Assembly: GCA_040400605.1 (NCBI GenBank)
Contig: JBBAPZ010000004.1
Span: forward strand, 1 to 64,000
Direction: 5' to 3'
Length of the DNA stretch: 64,000 nucleotides
Origin: Candidatus Sericytochromatia bacterium
GTDB taxonomy: Bacteria > Cyanobacteriota > Sericytochromatia > S15B-MN24 > JAQBPE01
Below are positions 19,655 to 29,154 of this stretch, one piece after another. Within the stretch, counting starts at the first letter, position 1; each line of letters starts with the position of its first letter. The notes beneath the pieces were generated by a model that searched no databases, was not told the origin of the DNA, and was given only the letters and a program-made list of their open reading frames with translations. Position numbers and translations under genes: made by a program.

Positions 19655-19853
19655 CGATATAAAAACGCTTTGACTGGTGCCTAAATCTTCTCTGTTTTGA
19701 GTCAGAGCAGGTGCGTGCGTGATGTTTTTGCCTCTGCCATGTCCAACCGCGTTGAGTGTTAAGCAAGGATTGGCTCTTATTCAATAACAGCCAATCCTTG
19801 CTCAATGTTTTTCGTTTGCGACCCAAGTTTTTAACCCAAACCGATGCGTCACC
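19655..19853 (+). repeat. dispersed intergenic repeat family, copy 6 (contains a near-perfect 41-bp palindrome)
   Basis: CGATATAAAAACGCTTTGACTGGTG...TTGGCTCTTATTCAATAACAGCCAA...AAGTTTTTAACCCAAACCGATGCGTCAC. Confidence 0.75.
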
Positions 19854-19880
19854 TTAGCGTTGGCTGGTTGTGTTCGACCG

Positions 19881-20324
19881 TCAGGGACGCTTGCGAGACA
19901 GGAATACAGCACCTTTAAAACTGTGAATCAGACTGTCCGACACGCTGCCAAGCAACAATCGTCCCATCCAGCCACGGCCATGACTGCCAACAACGAGAAT
20001 GTCCACGCCCAATCTCGTACATTCGCTTAAAATCGTGCTGGCCGGATCCCCAACCGCAACATGGTGATAGGGTTGGGCAACGCCTGCTTGAATCAAGGCC
20101 GCACAGGCGGCTTGAGCGTAAGTCTCGGCTTCGGAGCGTGCCGCTTCGATGGCTGGATGGATGATGGGAGCCCCACTTTCAAAGTAACCCAGATCGCTTC
20201 CCAGAGGCCCCGGGTCGCCAACGGCCAAGACCGACCATGTGGCTTCTTTATTCAACACCCTTGCCGCTTCATGCAGGGCATGAAGCGCTTCGTCTGAACC
20301 GTCCGTTGCGATTAAAATGTGCAT
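19881..20324 (-). CDS. universal stress protein
   Basis: ILIATDGS; GDPA; VVGSHGRG...LLGSVS. Confidence 0.95.
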   Translation of the reverse strand: MHILIATDGSDEALHALHEAARVLNKEATWSVLAVGDPGPLGSDLGYFESGAPIIHPAIEAARSEAETYAQAACAALIQAGVAQPYHHVAVGDPASTILSECTRLGVDILVVGSHGRGWMGRLLLGSVSDSLIHSFKGAVFLSRKRP

Positions 20325-20497
20325 GCGTCATCAGCCTCCTGACGTCAGGCACAGCCTGCCTGAACACCCGCGCGAAGCAGGTGCCGGTTGCAGAATGTGC
20401 AGGGTGTCTTCGTCACGATGCTGATTTTTGGGATCCGCGACAACACCCGGACAATGGTTGAAACCCAGGACCTTGCCAGTGGTCCTTGCTTGGAAGT

Positions 20498-20527
20498 TTG
20501 CAGGGCCTCCGCTCTTGCGCTTATAAT
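20498..20527 (+). promoter_or_regulatory. sigma70-type promoter candidate for pmtA-psd
   Basis: TTGCAG-N18-TATAAT. Confidence 0.5.
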
Positions 20528-20545
20528 GTTGCTAAATAAAGGCAG

Positions 20546-21139
20546 GTGGCGGTGCGCGATCATTTTCAGTTTTTTCTTCGATTTTTGAGCAACCCCCGCA
20601 AAGTGGGCTCAGTCATGCCCAGTTCACCCCAACTGGTTCGTGACCTCCTTGATGGCGTCGACTTCGATGCAGCGCGGGTCGTGGTTGAATTTGGGCCCGG
20701 AACAGGGGTTTTTAGCAGCGAAATCGTCAAACGCCTACACCCCGAAGCACATTTGGTTTGCATCGAACTGAACGACGAATTTTTTCACACCATGTGCAGC
20801 CGTTTCAAGGACCCACGCGTCAAGGTGATTCACGGCAGCGCCGCAGATGTGCAGACCATTTTGGAACAGTTGGGACTCGACCGTGCAGATGCCATTGTGT
20901 CTGGTTTGCCGTTTACGACGCTCCCTGAGCAGATTCGTCACGAGATCTTGCGTGGCACAGTGAGCGCACTCAAACCGAATGGCCGGTTTTTGTTGTACCA
21001 ATACTCACTCTTTTTAATGAACCACCTGCGACATTATTTTGAGCAGATTCAGTTGCGACGCACCATCTTGAACCTGCCGCCGGCGTACACCTTTTACTGC
21101 GATGCCCCACGTGGCACAGATACGGTGTATCCCGCGTGA
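20546..21139 (+). CDS. pmtA: phospholipid N-methyltransferase (Sinorhizobium-type PmtA-like SAM methyltransferase)
   Basis: NPRKVGSVMPSS, VVEFGPGTG, IVSGLPF and YQY motifs; coupled to psd. Confidence 0.75.
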   Translation: MAVRDHFQFFLRFLSNPRKVGSVMPSSPQLVRDLLDGVDFDAARVVVEFGPGTGVFSSEIVKRLHPEAHLVCIELNDEFFHTMCSRFKDPRVKVIHGSAADVQTILEQLGLDRADAIVSGLPFTTLPEQIRHEILRGTVSALKPNGRFLLYQYSLFLMNHLRHYFEQIQLRRTILNLPPAYTFYCDAPRGTDTVYPA

Positions 21140-22050
21140 CCACATCGGAACCCCGCGGTGCGTTCGTTCGTGTGCGCGATCGCCAAACCCAGGCTGTCGT
21201 CGAAGAACCCGTCTACGCAGCCTTCGCTCTATCACTGCTTTACGAACACCGCCTCAGTGCCTGGCTGGTCAATCTGGCTTGTAAACGCCACTGGGTGAGC
21301 ACCCTGTATGGCTTACGTATGCACAGCCGTGCCAGCCGCGCTCTCATCCAACCCCTGATCGAGCAATTTGACATCGATCCGACTGAAGCAGAACTCGACG
21401 TGGCGGCTTACCCCCATTTCAACGCGTTCTTTGAGCGTCGCCTCAAACCGGATGCCCGTGTGTATTCCGATGACCCAACCCAGTTCGGTTCGCCAGGAGA
21501 TGGCAAGTTGTTGGTCTACCCTGAGTTGGCCACAACCACTCATTTACCCATCAAGGGTCTGAATGTGAGTCTGGCCGCTTTGCTGGACGACGAATCAATG
21601 GCCAATCGATACTGCGGAGGCGCGGCCATCGTGCTGCGACTGGCGCCTCAGGATTATCACCGCTTTCATTTCCCCGTGGCCGGCTTGGCAACGGAGGCGC
21701 GCACCATTCCGGGTATCTACCATTCGGTCAATCCGATTGCCGTCAAGAAAGTACCGGGTTTGTTCGGGTTGAACAAACGGATGTCTGCCACCTTGCATAC
21801 TCAAGCTTTTGGACAGGTGGTTCTGGTGGAGGTGGGGGCGATCATGATCGGGACGATCATGCAGAATTACGTCCCCGGCGCGGTAGTTGCGGGACAGGAA
21901 AAAGGGCACTTTCGCTACGGCGGCTCCACCATCATCGTACTTTTCGAACCGGCTTGCATCACCTTTGATGATGACCTGCTTCGTGATTCGGCGTCTGGCC
22001 TCGAAGTGCGGGTCAAAGCCGGCGAGGTGGTCGGGCGTGCCCGCGCTTAA
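21136..22050 (+). CDS. psd: phosphatidylserine decarboxylase
   Basis: FNAFFERRLK, SPGDGK, RLAPQDYHRFHFP, and autocleavage motif GGST. Confidence 0.95.
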   Translation: MTTSEPRGAFVRVRDRQTQAVVEEPVYAAFALSLLYEHRLSAWLVNLACKRHWVSTLYGLRMHSRASRALIQPLIEQFDIDPTEAELDVAAYPHFNAFFERRLKPDARVYSDDPTQFGSPGDGKLLVYPELATTTHLPIKGLNVSLAALLDDESMANRYCGGAAIVLRLAPQDYHRFHFPVAGLATEARTIPGIYHSVNPIAVKKVPGLFGLNKRMSATLHTQAFGQVVLVEVGAIMIGTIMQNYVPGAVVAGQEKGHFRYGGSTIIVLFEPACITFDDDLLRDSASGLEVRVKAGEVVGRARA

Positions 22051-22904
22051 GACGTTTTTACAATACTGACGCGCCGGAACAACAGTTGGGCAAGGGGCGT
22101 TGCCGCATAGCAAAGGTACATCAGTGCCACCGCAGGACCGATGCCCATCAAAACGGCGACCACGCATAGAATCGCCACATGCCAACGGGGTTGCAACTTT
22201 CTTAAATAATGCTTGGGCCAATCGGCATAGCAAGCGCTCGACACCATCAAACCAGCCACTACGGCACCGAGCGCAGGCAACAACACATGTAAACCATTGG
22301 TGAGCCCAATGGCCAAGCCAGCGGGCAGCACCACAAAACCCAAGTGCCCGCCACTCACATTCACGACGGTAATTGCCAGCGCCGCAACCAGCGAGGCAGC
22401 CGCGGGCGAGGGCATGCCCTTGAAATAAAGATGCCCCAATTCATCTTGCGGATCCTCCACGTTAAAACGCGCCAAGCGCAAGAGCACCGCCATCAAAAAC
22501 AGCCCGCCGATGACCCAACCCACCCACGGCAAAGCAGGCATTAAACCCATGCGCTCCCAATAAAGACCAATCAGATACGCGGGCGCAACCCCAAAACCCA
22601 CTGCATCGCACAAAGAATCCAACTGCGCCCCAAAAGCACTGTTAGTGCGGGTTAAACGCGCCACGAATCCATCCAGCATGTCAAATAGGGAAGCGACAAG
22701 AATTAAATAGCCCGCCAGCCGCAATGGTTCCCAACTCGCCGCGTCGTCACCAAAAACACCAACATCCCGCAAAACCACCAACGCTGCAAATCCGCACAAC
22801 GCATTGCCCAACGTCATAACTGTCGGCAACACAATCAGCCACCGCCGTGGTTGTGGTCTGGACTCCTCCTGGAAGATTAAAACAGGCGCCACATCTTCGG
22901 CCAT
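22047..22904 (-). CDS. pssA: CDP-diacylglycerol--serine O-phosphatidyltransferase
   Basis: LPTVMTLGN; CDP-alcohol motif DMLDGFVAR...FGAQLDSLCD; LRLARFN; FKGMPSP. Confidence 0.92.
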   Translation of the reverse strand: MAEDVAPVLIFQEESRPQPRRWLIVLPTVMTLGNALCGFAALVVLRDVGVFGDDAASWEPLRLAGYLILVASLFDMLDGFVARLTRTNSAFGAQLDSLCDAVGFGVAPAYLIGLYWERMGLMPALPWVGWVIGGLFLMAVLLRLARFNVEDPQDELGHLYFKGMPSPAAASLVAALAITVVNVSGGHLGFVVLPAGLAIGLTNGLHVLLPALGAVVAGLMVSSACYADWPKHYLRKLQPRWHVAILCVVAVLMGIGPAVALMYLCYAATPLAQLLFRRVSIVKTS

Positions 22905-23059
22905 GCTGGTTTGAAACAACCTCTCGACACTGCACCAATCGGTCGCGGACCGGTGGCGACCCTTTATTTTACGATTTTTGCATGGTTCCAGCGAGGGGTG
23001 TATGAAAATTTTGAAGCACGGCGCCTCAAGACGGTCGCTCATTTGGTCGTCACACTGGC

Positions 23060-23158
23060 CAATGCACCACTGGTTATCTGTGTCCGAACAGCGGTTCCAT
23101 CATCAGATATTGAACAACAGTCAGGATTTTATTCACCAATCAACGCGTTTCTGTATCG
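23060..23158 (-). repeat. dispersed intergenic repeat family, copy 7
   Basis: Reverse complement CGATACAGAAACGCGTTGATTGGTGAATAAAATCCTGACTGTTGTTCAAT. Confidence 0.75.
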
Positions 23159-23195
23159 TTGCACGCGACCGGAAATTGTGGAAAGGACAGCTAGA

Positions 23196-24509
23196 TTGGC
23201 TTCGCAGTTACAATCGGCACAGCGTTTGCGACGCGGCATCGGCTCGAACGCCGCTGGCGTGATTCTGGTGCAAGCCTTGCAATACACGTGTTTTTTGGTG
23301 GTTGCCAATACCTTGACGCCCGCCGTGCTTGGTATGTGGACGAGTGCCAATGTGATGATTGCAGCTTTAACCTTGCTGGCCGACTTGGGTGTGGGCGTGT
23401 GGTACATTCGCACGGCAACGCCATCACCACAGGCTTTGGCATCGGCATTTTGGCTTAGCGCGGTTTTTGGAACCGGGTTGAGCCTTCTTGCCGGGTGTGC
23501 ACTCGGCCTTGGGATCCCCGGTGTACAACTCGCGTGGCGCGAACTGGTGATGGGCCTGCTGCCGGTTGTCGTCTTGGTTGCGGTCTCATCCGTGCCGCGG
23601 GCCCACCTCGAAAAAACCTTGGCCTTTGGTCGCATCGCCGTGATTGAGTCCATTGCGATGCTCGTCAATGTCACTGTAACCCTCGGATTGTTAAAACTGG
23701 GTGCCGGTGTCTGGGCCTTGGCCTTCGGACTGCTGGCCTTGCACCTGGTTCAGTCCGTGCTTTATTGGCTGCACGCGCGTTTGGCGATCCAGCATCTGCC
23801 TGACCGGGCTGAGTGCCGCCAAATTCTGCGTTTCGGTTTACCCCTCCTCGGTACGCGTGGACTGGGTCATTTTAATGCGAACATTGATTATGTGCTGATT
23901 GGCAGCCTGTTCGGCACGGCCATGCTGGGTCAGTATGCGCTCGCCTACAAACTGGTCACCTATCCCATGTTAAAAGTCTCAAGCACCGTCATGCGCGTGG
24001 CCTACCCCATCTTTGCGCAATTGCAGAACGATTTGCCCCAGTCACGCGATGTGTATCGCAAACTGGTGCGGCGCTTGGCGTGGTGTCTAATGCCCGCCCT
24101 GGTTGCGTTGGCTGTGTATGCCGATCGCCTCATTCCCGCCCTGTTCGGCGCTCACTGGGAAGCTGCCGTCGTCTTCACGCGCATTTTGGTATTCGTCGGA
24201 CTCCTAAAAGCACTGAGCTTTGCCGTGGGACTGATTTATGTCAGCCAAGGACGGCCCGACATGGAGTTTCGCGCCAATCTGATGGGAACCTGTGTCTTGC
24301 CCCTGTGCCTGTGGGTCGGGACCTTCTGGGGACCTTACGGCCTTGCCTGGGGCTTTGTCGTCACTGCTTGCATGCTGGCGCCTTATCAAGTGTTTCGCGC
24401 ACACGCACTGATTGGCCTCACAACCCGACACTACCTCGGCGCGCTCAAATACCCACTGGGCGTGAGCACCCTCGTCGGCGCCTTCCTTTACGCCACCACC
24501 TACCCTTGA
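23196..24509 (+). CDS. polysaccharide/LPS biosynthesis flippase (Wzx, MOP superfamily)
   Basis: Multiple TM helices; ADLG, NIDYVLIG, LGQYALAY and FGAHW motifs; start placed at TTG after AAGGA. Confidence 0.85.
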   Translation: MASQLQSAQRLRRGIGSNAAGVILVQALQYTCFLVVANTLTPAVLGMWTSANVMIAALTLLADLGVGVWYIRTATPSPQALASAFWLSAVFGTGLSLLAGCALGLGIPGVQLAWRELVMGLLPVVVLVAVSSVPRAHLEKTLAFGRIAVIESIAMLVNVTVTLGLLKLGAGVWALAFGLLALHLVQSVLYWLHARLAIQHLPDRAECRQILRFGLPLLGTRGLGHFNANIDYVLIGSLFGTAMLGQYALAYKLVTYPMLKVSSTVMRVAYPIFAQLQNDLPQSRDVYRKLVRRLAWCLMPALVALAVYADRLIPALFGAHWEAAVVFTRILVFVGLLKALSFAVGLIYVSQGRPDMEFRANLMGTCVLPLCLWVGTFWGPYGLAWGFVVTACMLAPYQVFRAHALIGLTTRHYLGALKYPLGVSTLVGAFLYATTYP

Positions 24510-24534
24510 TGCTTACGAACACAGCGTTGGTCGG

Positions 24535-24996
24535 TTACGACAATCTAAACGGACGTTTGGTCCCAATCAACAAATCCCACCAGTGAAACGTCATGGCGAG
24601 AAGGTGGTCAAGTTCTTCTGTTGCGGAACCACGCGCGAGCGTCTCGGGTGGCAAACAGTACGCCGCAATTGGTGAGGCCTGCAGCATATGTTGAACACCA
24701 ACCGACAGTCCGCCTCCTGCATAGGCGATGCATCCAGGAATATAGGTGCGCACTGATTCCATGTCAGCCAATGCATAAGGAATTTTTTCATCGACCGTGC
24801 CTTGCGTGTCCTGAAACTTACATTCAATGCAAAAAGCTTTATCCGTATCCATGTTTACAACAAGAATGTCCATACGACGGTTTTTGCCAATAATCGTTTT
24901 GCCGAGGCTTAATTCGCGATAAACCTCTACCCCGCGATCACCATAGTTTTTAAGAACATAAGAAGCAATTCTATTTGCATATTCACTACCGGTCAT
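24535..24996 (-). CDS. short PD-(D/E)XK nuclease superfamily protein
   Basis: RRMDILV...IECKFQDTQGTVDEKIPY catalytic-type motif; AT-richer. Confidence 0.8.
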   Translation of the reverse strand: MTGSEYANRIASYVLKNYGDRGVEVYRELSLGKTIIGKNRRMDILVVNMDTDKAFCIECKFQDTQGTVDEKIPYALADMESVRTYIPGCIAYAGGGLSVGVQHMLQASPIAAYCLPPETLARGSATEELDHLLAMTFHWWDLLIGTKRPFRLS

Positions 24997-25034
24997 TTTA
25001 ATCACCTGTATCGTCCATCCAAAGATGAATACGC

Positions 25035-25778
25035 TTAGCCAATCAAACGAAGTTGTGTAATTTTATCATCAGTACTGTATGTTTCGACGAACGGCTGACC
25101 GCCGGCAGCTTTGATCCTGCCTTCTGTTATATCCACCGCCTCAGCACAAATGTCATTCCCTTTAAAGGAACGCCCCAAGCCGATTGCCGCGACCCCTACA
25201 GAACCAGATCCTGAAAAGGGATCAATCACCAACTCACCAGGCATCGAACTCTGCTGCACCAGAATCTCACTCACCTTGACAGGTTTCTCTGTTGGATAGC
25301 CATTGAAAACCCGAGGCACTTCAATGATGTCAGATATACCCAAATCATTTAATTTTCGCTTCCCTTTTTCGAAGAATAGGATGTTTTCATAACGGGCACG
25401 ATAATGATAACCCATGCCAATTTTTTTCTTATCCCAAATGATCGGTTTCCAAAACTTAAAGCCGACGCGCTCTGCGATGGGCTTTGCAGCAAACATGGTC
25501 TCGGGATCACAGAAAAGATAAAAATGCGAGTTCTTTTTTAAAACTCGGTAAAATTCACCAAACAAGGCCTCGAACCGTTCATTCGGAAATATTTTGAACC
25601 AGTCATTGCTCGATGCTTTGCTGTGCTTGAGTCGTGTTGTTGTACCAACCGCTCGATGTTTTTCTAATGATTCGTATGGCGGGTCCGTAATGATCAAATC
25701 CACTGACGCACTCGGCAATGTTCGCAACCACTCAATCGCATCACAACACGATACGCGGTAAAAAGCCTCTCCGTTCAT
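25035..25778 (-). CDS. site-specific DNA amino-methyltransferase (N6A/N4C, beta class)
   Basis: Motif IV DPPY near N-terminus; YPTEKP; motif I DPFSGSG near C-terminus; GGAGG RBS. Confidence 0.93.
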   Translation of the reverse strand: MNGEAFYRVSCCDAIEWLRTLPSASVDLIITDPPYESLEKHRAVGTTTRLKHSKASSNDWFKIFPNERFEALFGEFYRVLKKNSHFYLFCDPETMFAAKPIAERVGFKFWKPIIWDKKKIGMGYHYRARYENILFFEKGKRKLNDLGISDIIEVPRVFNGYPTEKPVKVSEILVQQSSMPGELVIDPFSGSGSVGVAAIGLGRSFKGNDICAEAVDITEGRIKAAGGQPFVETYSTDDKITQLRLIG

Positions 25779-26308
25779 CCGTCGTGCCTCCCACGCCTAA
25801 CGTCATCAATCAGTCGTTGTGTGCAAATTTAAGCGACCATCCACGCGTGGCATGATAGAACGTTTGTTCCCAGGATGTCAATTGGTCATTTCAATGAGGC
25901 CGCGGCTGGTACACGGCATGAAAATCGTTTTGGTGAGAGAAACCCAGTCGACTTGGGGGAAACTCAAGCCCTATTCCGGTGACGCTGTAAGATACAGCGC
26001 CTGCCTAACAGACCACCCCAATGCCTTGAATGGCCCGTTAGTGGCCTAAACAGATTGTTGTTCCACCGACCCCGGGCAACTGGGGTTTCAACTTGTCCGA
26101 AAAAACGTGCGGTATCGACGTCAGTTATTCAATCCCGAAAACGATGATATCGGGAAGTACCCGAGGATGGAGCGTCGGCGTGAGTGAGCTTAAGTCCGTG
26201 ATTGTTTCTTCGCCAGGCGAGGTCCCAATTGGGCTGCGCAAACGACCGAAATCCCCGGCACCTGATGTCGGGCGTCAAGAGGCTGCGGTGGTCGGCTGGC
26301 GGCAGTTT

Positions 26309-27370
26309 ATGACCGATTACATGAAAATCGGAACGCCTGGAAGGGCGGAGCCTGAAAAAAATGTGCGTTTCAAGACGCACGATATTTTGCGTTCACCCCA
26401 GAAAAACGTGATCGCCGAAACCACGGCTGCCCGGGCGCACATCGTCGCTCAGCGTGCACGGGAGCAAGTCGCCAACACGCGGTTGGGGGCGCGCGCCAAA
26501 GACTATCAGCGACTGGCGGATACCTTGCGTGGTGACCCCTTGGCCCGCGATGCCCTGCTGCGGCTGCTGTTGTCGGGAAAGCTGACCAAACCAAGCGGTG
26601 CCAAAGGAGAGATGGACCTTCTTGAACAGTTGGTCGCTTTGAATAAACAGGTTCTCGAGCCTGGCGTATCGCGCGCTGAATTGATTCGTTCCCTCCTGAT
26701 TGAGATCAATGACCCAACGAATCTGAGGCAACAGGACCGGCTGACATGCGCCACCGTTGTGGCCTCGGTGGTTTTGATTCGGAAAAACCCGGTAGAATAC
26801 GTGCGGTTGGTCGCTGGACTCGCCAGTCTGTCGGGTTCGGTCAAAACCGTCAGCGGGACCGTTTTGCGCCGCAACAGTGACTGGGCGAACAAAAACGATG
26901 GCGGGCGGACACCATCGGTGCGTCTGTTGCAGCCCGCCTTGATGGACGTCGGTAATTTTTTCCTGAATTACGACAATCGATTTGATAGACACACCCTTGG
27001 CAAACCGCATGTATCAGATGTCAAGCCCAGTCCTTGGAGACGTTGGACCGCCACCCGGAACCCGATGGTCGGTCTGACTCAGCCTGGTATGGCCAAGATT
27101 TTGGCGGAAACAACCGGTCAACAATATCGCTCGACCTACGTGCTTTCTTCGCTTAACCGAGACTCTATCTGGAGAAACATTGAAACAGCGTTGGCCTCGG
27201 GTGATAGCGTGCCCTGTCTTTTAGCGTGGAAAGGCTCTGGGCATTTTGTTTTATTGGATCGGATTGAGAACGGTCATTGCTATTTTAGCAACCCATCGGG
27301 CACGCAGGACCGCATGTCGGTGGAGGAGTTTCGGCAAATTCTGCGCGGTGCCAGTTGGCCGCGTGCCTGA
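26309..27370 (+). CDS. hypothetical protein with papain-like (C39-like) Cys-His-Asn peptidase motifs
   Basis: RQQDRLTCA ... GHFVLL ... YFSNPSG; start uncertain. Confidence 0.6.
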   Translation: MTDYMKIGTPGRAEPEKNVRFKTHDILRSPQKNVIAETTAARAHIVAQRAREQVANTRLGARAKDYQRLADTLRGDPLARDALLRLLLSGKLTKPSGAKGEMDLLEQLVALNKQVLEPGVSRAELIRSLLIEINDPTNLRQQDRLTCATVVASVVLIRKNPVEYVRLVAGLASLSGSVKTVSGTVLRRNSDWANKNDGGRTPSVRLLQPALMDVGNFFLNYDNRFDRHTLGKPHVSDVKPSPWRRWTATRNPMVGLTQPGMAKILAETTGQQYRSTYVLSSLNRDSIWRNIETALASGDSVPCLLAWKGSGHFVLLDRIENGHCYFSNPSGTQDRMSVEEFRQILRGASWPRA

Positions 27371-27451
27371 ATGGCGCATTCATGCGAGTTGCGCGCTAAC
27401 GGGTATTTGACAGGGCGCGGCGAACAATCCTGTAAAGCAAGCGCAGCCGTA

Positions 27452-28078
27452 TTATCGGAGGGCATCCGTCATCAGGGCGTGGACGGTGTCGATGCGTGCC
27501 TGCTCAGGGGCCAGACACGCCAAAAATCGGATACGGACAGGCGATCGCCACGCCATCGGCCACTTGCGCATCGCTGGCCCGCCACCCAAACTGAAAAAAC
27601 TCCCGTAAAGACCGTCCAACACCACCACGACCGTCGGAACCGGACAATTCTGCAAGATGCGTTCGAAGCCGGGTCTCAGTTCCAACGGATAGCCATCCCG
27701 GGTCAGTTTGCCTTCCGGAAACACGCAAATCCACGCACCCGCTTCGAAGGCCGCCGTCACACGCGTAAAGGCCTCTTCCCGTACCGCACGATCCTCTTTG
27801 CCTGTGAGAATGGGGATGACACGGGCCATCTTCAAAAACGGTCTGAATGCGCGGATGTCATAATAGCGTTTGTGGATCACAAACTGCGGTAGCATCTTGA
27901 GCGCGTGGCTCAAAAATATCCAGTCAATCAAACTCACATGATTGGATAAAATCAGCACCGGACCGTTTTCCGGAAGACAAGCTTGTCCCTCCACCTGCAC
28001 CCGGTAAAGTAATCGCGCGACAACCGAGAGCACGCCTTGTATTGCACGCGCCACAGAGGGTAAACGCCTCGGGGTCAT
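27452..28078 (-). CDS. plsC: 1-acyl-sn-glycerol-3-phosphate acyltransferase family protein
   Basis: NHVSLID (HX4D) and FPEGK motifs. Confidence 0.85.
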   Translation of the reverse strand: MTPRRLPSVARAIQGVLSVVARLLYRVQVEGQACLPENGPVLILSNHVSLIDWIFLSHALKMLPQFVIHKRYYDIRAFRPFLKMARVIPILTGKEDRAVREEAFTRVTAAFEAGAWICVFPEGKLTRDGYPLELRPGFERILQNCPVPTVVVVLDGLYGSFFSLGGGPAMRKWPMAWRSPVRIRFLACLAPEQARIDTVHALMTDALR

Positions 28079-29154
28079 TCACACCCGCTCAAACATTCCA
28101 CCGCCACGAATTCCCGTAGCACCGACGTTGCATACGCCCCACGCGGCAAGGCAAATCGCAACCAAATGCCAGCCTCGGCAAGTTCTACCGCCACATGGCT
28201 CAACAACACACGACCCTCACGTCGTGACCCCAAACATGGTTTGAAATCATCCCGGGTCAGACCCCGCGTTGCAAGCACCCCATCCTCGATGTCACGCGCA
28301 TCAAACTGGGCTTCGTGATACTTTCGCCCCAGCATCGGGCCCGTGGCGCTGATCTCAAAACTCACCGCCCGTGGGTTCTCGCGCGCCGCATCATCCACCA
28401 GAAACTTCCCAAACGTCGCGTGCTTGTGCGCGATATCCCCCTTGATCACCTGGTTCAAGGTTCCCGCCTGCAATCTCGCAGCCACCCAGTCATTAAAAAT
28501 CAGACTTTGCAAACTGTTGATGCACAGCCGATCCAACCACCGCTTGGAACGCCCCTTGCCCTGCCGCAACAAATACAAGCCCCGACGCGCATTGTCGCGA
28601 TCACGCCCGAAACGCTGCGGCCCATAATAATTGGGCACACCAACTTGTTGCAACGTTATCAAGGCCGCCTCAATCGCAGCCGCGTCACCAGCATCAAATC
28701 CCCTATCATCCGGTGCCCGCAACAGAATCTTGAAACGATTGCCCAATAACTGCCCTTCCTTGATGCGCGACGCACCCCGCGCGAACGACAAACAACGGAA
28801 ACGCTCGGAACCTTCCCACGCTTCGACGGCTGCCTGGCTGACACCTGCTAGCGACAACCACTGGGTGGTTACGGCGCGGCGATCCTTCAAACCGGCATGA
28901 CCAATCTGCTCCTGCATCAGACCAAAATGCTCCGCAAACTGTTTAATCAACTCTTGCGTCGTCAAATCAGACTTTTCAACCTGCACATACAAATGAGTCC
29001 CCGCAGGATCGGCTTGCCAGTCCGGAATCTCATCCACCACAAAGTCGGTTAACTCCTGCTTGATGACAGCCTTCAAAACCCCGCCACCTTGCATGGCACG
29101 CGGATAAACCGAAAAATCAAAAATCAAGTCATCCAAGGTCACACCCAAAGTCAT
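28075..29154 (-). CDS. truD: tRNA pseudouridine(13) synthase
   Basis: DFVVDE, HAGLKDRRAVTTQ, GNRF, PNYYGPQRFG and GAYATSVLRE. Confidence 0.97.
   Translation of the reverse strand: MTLGVTLDDLIFDFSVYPRAMQGGGVLKAVIKQELTDFVVDEIPDWQADPAGTHLYVQVEKSDLTTQELIKQFAEHFGLMQEQIGHAGLKDRRAVTTQWLSLAGVSQAAVEAWEGSERFRCLSFARGASRIKEGQLLGNRFKILLRAPDDRGFDAGDAAAIEAALITLQQVGVPNYYGPQRFGRDRDNARRGLYLLRQGKGRSKRWLDRLCINSLQSLIFNDWVAARLQAGTLNQVIKGDIAHKHATFGKFLVDDAARENPRAVSFEISATGPMLGRKYHEAQFDARDIEDGVLATRGLTRDDFKPCLGSRREGRVLLSHVAVELAEAGIWLRFALPRGAYATSVLREFVAVECLSGCE

Noticed and set aside
22911..23195. N-terminal extensions of the flippase and pssA ORFs
   Set aside because: They overlap each other and a copy of the non-coding repeat; better starts exist at 23196 and 22904.
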